This document shows positions 58,801 to 64,000 of a stretch of DNA of 64,000 nucleotides, piece by piece (position 1 is the first letter of the stretch; every line of letters starts with the position of its first letter). The stretch spans positions 15,872,001 to 15,936,000 of the forward strand of contig CATNEN010000038.1 in NCBI GenBank assembly GCA_950097015.1. Direction: 5' to 3'. A program made the translations under genes and the position numbers. Origin of the DNA: Macrostomum hystrix (Eukaryota; Animalia; Platyhelminthes). The notes beneath the pieces are model-generated. The model ran no database searches and was not told where the DNA came from. It worked only from the letters and a program-made list of their open reading frames with translations.

Positions 58801-61755
58801 TGTCGGGTTCATTAAAGATCAATAAGTCAAAATATGATGGTAAGTGTCTAAGTGAGCAGTGAAATTAAACGTGAAACTGAATTGATCAATAAAATACCTT
58901 GAAATCTATTTTTGGCCGCCTAATAGAACCACCGGCGGCAAATTTCAATTGGAAATTTTTCTCAGCGCCCTGCACAGCGGTATCTTCTAGCATCTTCTTG
59001 AACTGGGCATTGCGCGAGGCCATCAGGTAAGTGTCCGGGTGAAATACCGCATCTATCACCAGGCAGGTTTGTTTGGCCTTGTCCGTGTCCTCACGAGGCG
59101 GCGAAAAACTGTGCGGTATGGACCAGTTGACGCCAGATTTCCCATTCTTCTCGGATCGCTGAACAGTGGCAACCTGGATCTTGTCACTAGTGCAGATGTT
59201 GATGAACACCTGCTATTAGTCAAATAGAGTTAGTGAGGGTGTGTGCGTGCTCTCTTGAATTTGTGAAGCCTTATAATGAGCGGAACAGAGGGTTTAGGAG
59301 CGGAATAGAGGGTTTAGGAGCGGAAGAGGGTTTAGGAGCGGAAGAGGGTTAAGGAGCGGAAGAGGGTTTAGGAGCGGAAGAGAGGGTTTAGGAGCGGAAG
59401 AGGGTTAAGGAGCGGAAGAGGGTTTAGGAGCGGAAGAGAGGGTTTAGGAGCGGAAGAAAGGGTTTTGGAGCGGAAGAGGGTTAAAGAGCGGAAGAGGGTT
59501 AAGGAGCGGAAGAGGGTTTAGGAGCGGAAGAGAGGGTTTAGGAGCGGAAGAGGGTTAAGGAGCGGAAGAGGGTTTAGGAGCGGAAGAGAGGGTTTAGGAG
59601 CGGAAGAAAGGGTTTTGGAGCGGAAGAGGGTTAAAGAGCGGAAGAGGGTTTAGGAGCGGAAGAGGGTTAAGGAGCGGAAGAGGGGGTTTAGGAGCGGAAG
59701 AAAGGGTTTTGGAGCGGAAGAGGGTTAAAGAGCGGAAGAGTGTTTAGGAGCGGAAGAGTGTTTAGGAGCGGAAGAGTGTTTAGGAGCGGAAGAGTGTTTA
59801 GGAGCGGAAGAGGGTTTAGGAGCGGAAGAGGGTTAAGGAGCGGAAGAGGGGGTTTAGGATCGGAAGAGGTGGTTTAGAAGCGAAAGATAGGGTTTAGGAG
59901 CGGAAGAGAGGGTTTATGAGCGCATTAGATGATTTAGGAGCGGAAGAAATTGTTTAGGAGCGGAAGAGAGGGTTTAGGAGCGGAAGAGGGTTTAGGAGCG
60001 GAAGGGGGTTAAGGAGCGGAAGAGGGTTTAGGAGCGGAAGAGAGGGTTTAGGAGCGGAAGAGGGTTAAGGAGCGGAAGAGGGTTTAGGAGCGGAAGAGAG
60101 GGTTTAGGAGCGGAAGAAAGGGTTTTGGAGCGGAAGAGGGTTAAAGAGCGGAAGAGGGTTTAGGAGCGGAAGAGGGTTAAGGAGCGGAAGAGGGGGTTTA
60201 GGAGCGGAAGAAAGGGTTTTGGAGCGGAAGAGGGTTAAAGAGCGGAAGAGGGTTTAGGAGCGGAAGAGTGTTAAGGAGCGGAAGAGGGGGTTTAGGATCG
60301 GAAGAGGTGGTTTAGAAGCGAAAGATAGGGTTTAGGAGCGGAAGAGAGGGTTTATGAGCGCATTAGATGATTTAGGAGCGGAAGAAATTGTTTAGGAGCG
60401 GAAGAGAGGGTTTAGGAGCGGAAGAGGGTTTAGGAGCGGAAGGGGGTTAAGGAGCGGAAGAGGGTTTAGGAGCGGAAGAGAGGGTTTAGGAGCGGAAGAG
60501 GGTTAAGGAGCGGAAGAGGGTTTAGGAGCGGAAGAGAGGGTTTAGGAGCGGAAGAAAGGGTTTTAGAGCGGAAGAGGGTTAAAGAGCGGAAGAGGGTTTA
60601 GGAGCGGAAGAGGGTTAAGGAGCGGAAGAGGGGGTTTATGAGCGGAAGAAAGGGTTTTGGAGCGGAAGAGGGTTAAAGAGCGGAAGAGGGTTTAGGAGCG
60701 GAAGAGTGTTTAGGAGCGGAAGAGTGTTTAGGAGCGGAAGAGTGTTTAGGAGCGGAAGAGGGTTTAGGAGCGGAAGAGGGTTAAGGAGCGGAAGAGGGTT
60801 TAGGAGCGGAAGAGGGTTAAGGAGCGGAAGAGGGTTTAGGAGCGGAAGAGAGGGTTTAGGAGCGGAAGAGGGTTAAGGAGCGGAAGAGGGTTTAGGAGCG
60901 GAAGAGAGGGTTTAGGAGCGGAAGAAATGGTTTTGGAGCGGAAGAGGGTTAAAGAGCGGAAGAGGGTTTAGGAGCGGAAGAGGGTTAAGGAGCGGAAGAG
61001 GGTTTAGGAGCGGAAGAGAGGGTTTAGGAGCGGAAGAAAGGGTTTAGGAGCGGAAGAAAGGGTTTAGGATTGGAAGAGGTGGTTTAGAAGCGAAAGATAG
61101 GGTTTAGGAGCGGAAGAGAGGGTTTAGGAGCAGAAGAGAGGGTTTAGGAGCGGAAGAGAGGGTATAGGAGCCGAAGAGAGGGTTTAGGAGCGGAAGAGAT
61201 GGTCTAGATGCGACAGTTTTAAAATAGGTTTAATATAAAAAGGTAGAAAAGAAAGCCCATTTCGGAGCAGAATAGAGAGCTTAAAGAGCCTAAAAAAAGA
61301 GCTTTTTTAATGGCAACATGCATCCAAACAGTGACATCTGATATAAAGGGCACATTCTATCCTTAAACTTTTATCTTCAGTCGCTCTTTTAACATTTTAG
61401 ACAGAGTGGTTCACAAGAAGCACACGCATAGTTTTATTCTTGAAATGAAACCCACCTTTTTACCGTCAGCCTCAGTCAGTTTGAGCACGTGTCCCGGCTT
61501 AGGATGAATGAACTCAACATCCATGCCGCGCTCCTGTTCCAACTGAGCAATCTCCTTCTCGTAGAGAGCTCGCTGCTCAGGATTTTGCAGCTCGTCAACA
61601 TATTCTCGAAATAGTTTTCGGAATTCTTCTTTTTTGAAGGCTTCAGAGAATCTGCTAATCTCGTCTTGAGTCATGTTGAGATCCTTGAAGACATTGCCAC
61701 TACTGCTACCACTACTAGCACTGCTGTCTTTGCTACTGGACATGGTCTGAGTCAT
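52809..61755 (-). CDS. DNAAF2: Dynein axonemal assembly factor 2 (kintoun/PF13); exons 61755-61456, 59209-58898, 58438-58066, 56170-55605, 54223-53670, approx. 53316-52809
   Basis: EEFRKLF.EY.DE...PE.RA.YE.EI..LE.ERG.DV.F.HP.PG.VLK, FINIC, WSIPHS, D.VFHP (PIH1); CS domain (AKFDRK...L...LP); GILK...RSVSFS tail. Exon phases consistent. Confidence 0.93.
54572..55390. repeat. Composite 19/21-bp minisatellite (GAGAGCGGATTAGTCAGTA / GAGAGCGGAAAATATCCAGTA) in DNAAF2 intron 4
   Basis: Alternating tandem units. Confidence 0.95.
56193..57992. repeat. 23-bp minisatellite (GAAGATTCAGGTAGGATAGACCC)n in DNAAF2 intron 3
   Basis: Fills almost the entire intron (56171-58065). Confidence 0.97.
58480..58822. 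repeat. 35-bp minisatellite (AAAGATCAAAGAGGCCGCAAAGTGTCGGGTTCATG)n in DNAAF2 intron 2
   Basis: About 6 good copies and 3-4 degenerate ones. Confidence 0.93.
59278..61200. repeat. 18/20-bp minisatellite (GAGCGGAAGAG(AG)GGTTTAG)n in DNAAF2 intron 1
   Basis: Tandem array with a higher-order duplication (CGCATTAGATGAT variant at about 59921 and 60359). Confidence 0.97.
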
Positions 61756-62346
61756 TTCTGAAAGATTTGAATGATTTCTAAAGCTGAGCAATGTGAATGA
61801 TATATGTAGAAATGATTATTGTTAGCTAGCAATGCTCTGAAGTATTTTGATCTAAAATATTTAATAAACTTTTATTTTGCTCTTACTTTTGCTTAATTTA
61901 TATAGATCAAAAAGTCACAAATTATACCAAATATACCAAATACTAACATAAATATGCATTCCTACATGACATTTTGAATAACCTTAACTGATACATGACA
62001 CATTACTATGTCACAATTAATTATAAATGGTCACATGACAACTCTGAGCCAATAATAGGGCCTAACATACTTGCTGTTGCAATCAATTGAAAAGGCCAAA
62101 ATTATTAAAAAACCTATAGAAAGTTCACTTTTATACAAATTAGCAGTAGGCCTAACTAACAGACTTAAGGGCCATATGTAGGCTTCAGTTAGCAAAATTA
62201 GTACTAATTTTATTAATTGGATGAATACAAGAGAAGTAAAAAATTCTTAGTAAAATTTTACATTTCTGAACCTGAATGTCTCAATGTCAAAGAGAAAGAA
62301 ATCAATCATAATGCTGCTTTCTTTTCTTGTCTGCTATACTATCAAG

Positions 62347-62638
62347 CATACATGTGCAACCTCCCAAATCTTAGCCAGCTGTGCGACTTTGTTTTTGCTC
62401 TATTTACGACTTAGTTTGCTCTCATTTGCGACTTAGTTCATTTCATTGCTCTATTTACAACTTAGTTTGCTCTCATTTGCTCTCTTTTTCTCTCCCCCTT
62501 TTCCTTTTCTTCACGCCTTCCTTTTTTGTCCCTTGGTCCCCCCTTTGATTTTTTTGTGCTTGGTCAATTGGTTTTGCGACTTACCTTGCTTGGCCCTCGT
62601 TTCACACGGCCATTTCGGCCAGGTGTTGCGCATGTATG
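62347..62638 (-). mobile_element. Third copy of the CATACATG-TIR MITE, inverted
   Basis: Reverse complement of 17371-17676 with both TIRs; no TSD visible. Confidence 0.88.
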
Positions 62639-64000
62639 AACTGTATAAATAGCTAGGCTAGGCCTAACAAAAGTCTATAAGAAATCTATGCATAAATCTT
62701 GCCTTGCTGATTGGCACTCAGTAGAGTTTCTAAATTATTATGTATATCTAAATAACATATTAATCAAAAAAGAAGATATACTAACTGGACCACTTATTAA
62801 AATTGAAGCATATCATGAAACTTCACTGCTAACTATATTATTAATAGTATGTTATATAAAACATTGTGTCAAGCAAGAAAAAAGATGATTTTATAGTACA
62901 TGACAAGACTGCTGACTAGCTACCATAGCTCTTACTAGCTCTGTCCAAGGATAAAAAAGGGTGTGCCACACCTTACTCCTTTATAATTGACTATGATTGA
63001 GGTTGGAAGCATATTTGTTTTGGCACTCCAAAGAAGGCAAAAAGTTTGTTCATAACTTCATAGGCTATATTTCCAATATATTATATCTATATTAAATTAA
63101 AATGTCAACATAGGAACCAACATTAGAAACAACTTAAGTTTTTAATTCAAATTTGAAATGAAGTTATTTGACTGCTTTGTCAAATATGCAGTTGTCTTAG
63201 ACCTACACTTGTGTCAACCTCAAATCTACCCACCCAAGCAATCCAATATTGGACAATCTGTGGTCTAGTGTATTTGGGTAGATAGCAAAGCCCAGGTTAC
63301 TACAAACGCTAGAGCCACAAATGCTCTTAACGCACAACGCACATAAAAGTACAACACACAATCAGTCATTCACCCCAACCCTCTCTAGCTCTGGCATTCT
63401 TGATATATGGCAGGTGGTTTTGCCCCACATTTTGCCCATTTTTTGTAATAATAATACGGTAGGCCTAACTAGAAATACTATCAGGCCTAATCTGATCACC
63501 AAAGTGATAAGAAATACAAGATAAAATAAAATATAAGGTAACTGGTCATTTTGGTCATAATAATTTTTGCTATAGGCCTAGGCATAACCATTTCAGCCCA
63601 AAACCATTTCGACCTTAAACTAATTTGGCACACTACCACTTATAAAATAATATAACTTACAAGATGTTATGTATTTTATCTAAACTAAATTAAAAAAATA
63701 TTTTAACCTAAAAAGTTAAAATTTTAGGATTTGATAAATGTAAGAAAGAATTTCAAGTTCAGATACAAAAGCTTTTCACTCTATTGTGATGAAGTTATAG
63801 CAAATTTGGGTTTAGATTTTGTACTTGGTGTAGTAGTGTGTAGAGATAAGTTTACATTTGAATTTAATTAAATTACAATTACAACAAACAAAAGTGACAC
63901 TGTGAGACTACTAAAGCATTCTAAAATATACTATGGTGTATTTAATTGATTGACTTGAAAATTTAGGCTTATAATTGTTTACAAACAAAATAGTGTTAAA

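Noticed and set aside
59278-61200. Telomeric repeat (TTTAGG-like)
   Set aside because: The motif is embedded in an 18/20-bp unit within an intron, not a pure telomere array.

Overview
Eukaryotic (animal) genomic DNA with GT-AG spliced genes, SINEs, DNA transposons and many minisatellites. The style would fit a free-living flatworm such as Macrostomum, but that is inference only. Host genes: a secreted S1 serine protease (-), four tandem TRMT10C/MRPP1-like paralogues (-), SUV39H (-), a four-domain pleiotrophin/midkine-like gene (+), a tandem-DUF1330 gene (-), a septin (+), a CK1-like pseudokinase (-) and DNAAF2/kintoun (-). Mobile content: a decayed Crypton-type tyrosine-recombinase element in SUV39H intron 1 carrying two 8-bp-TSD MITEs; a palindromic non-autonomous relative at 4.5-5.4 kb; a head-to-tail Helitron dimer loaded with two satellites; a solo LTR; two SINE families; and a spliced, decayed zinc-finger/tyrosine-recombinase/PWWP gene. 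Most notable: (1) three TRMT10C paralogues have no start codon of their own and begin at phase-0 splice acceptors, so their Met must be spliced on, either from one shared ATG exon or from an AUG-ending spliced leader in an operon; (2) a tyrosine recombinase fused to a PWWP chromatin reader; (3) four consecutive DNAAF2 introns each filled by a different, strand-biased satellite. All exon structures were derived by eye from splice signals and reading-frame phase.
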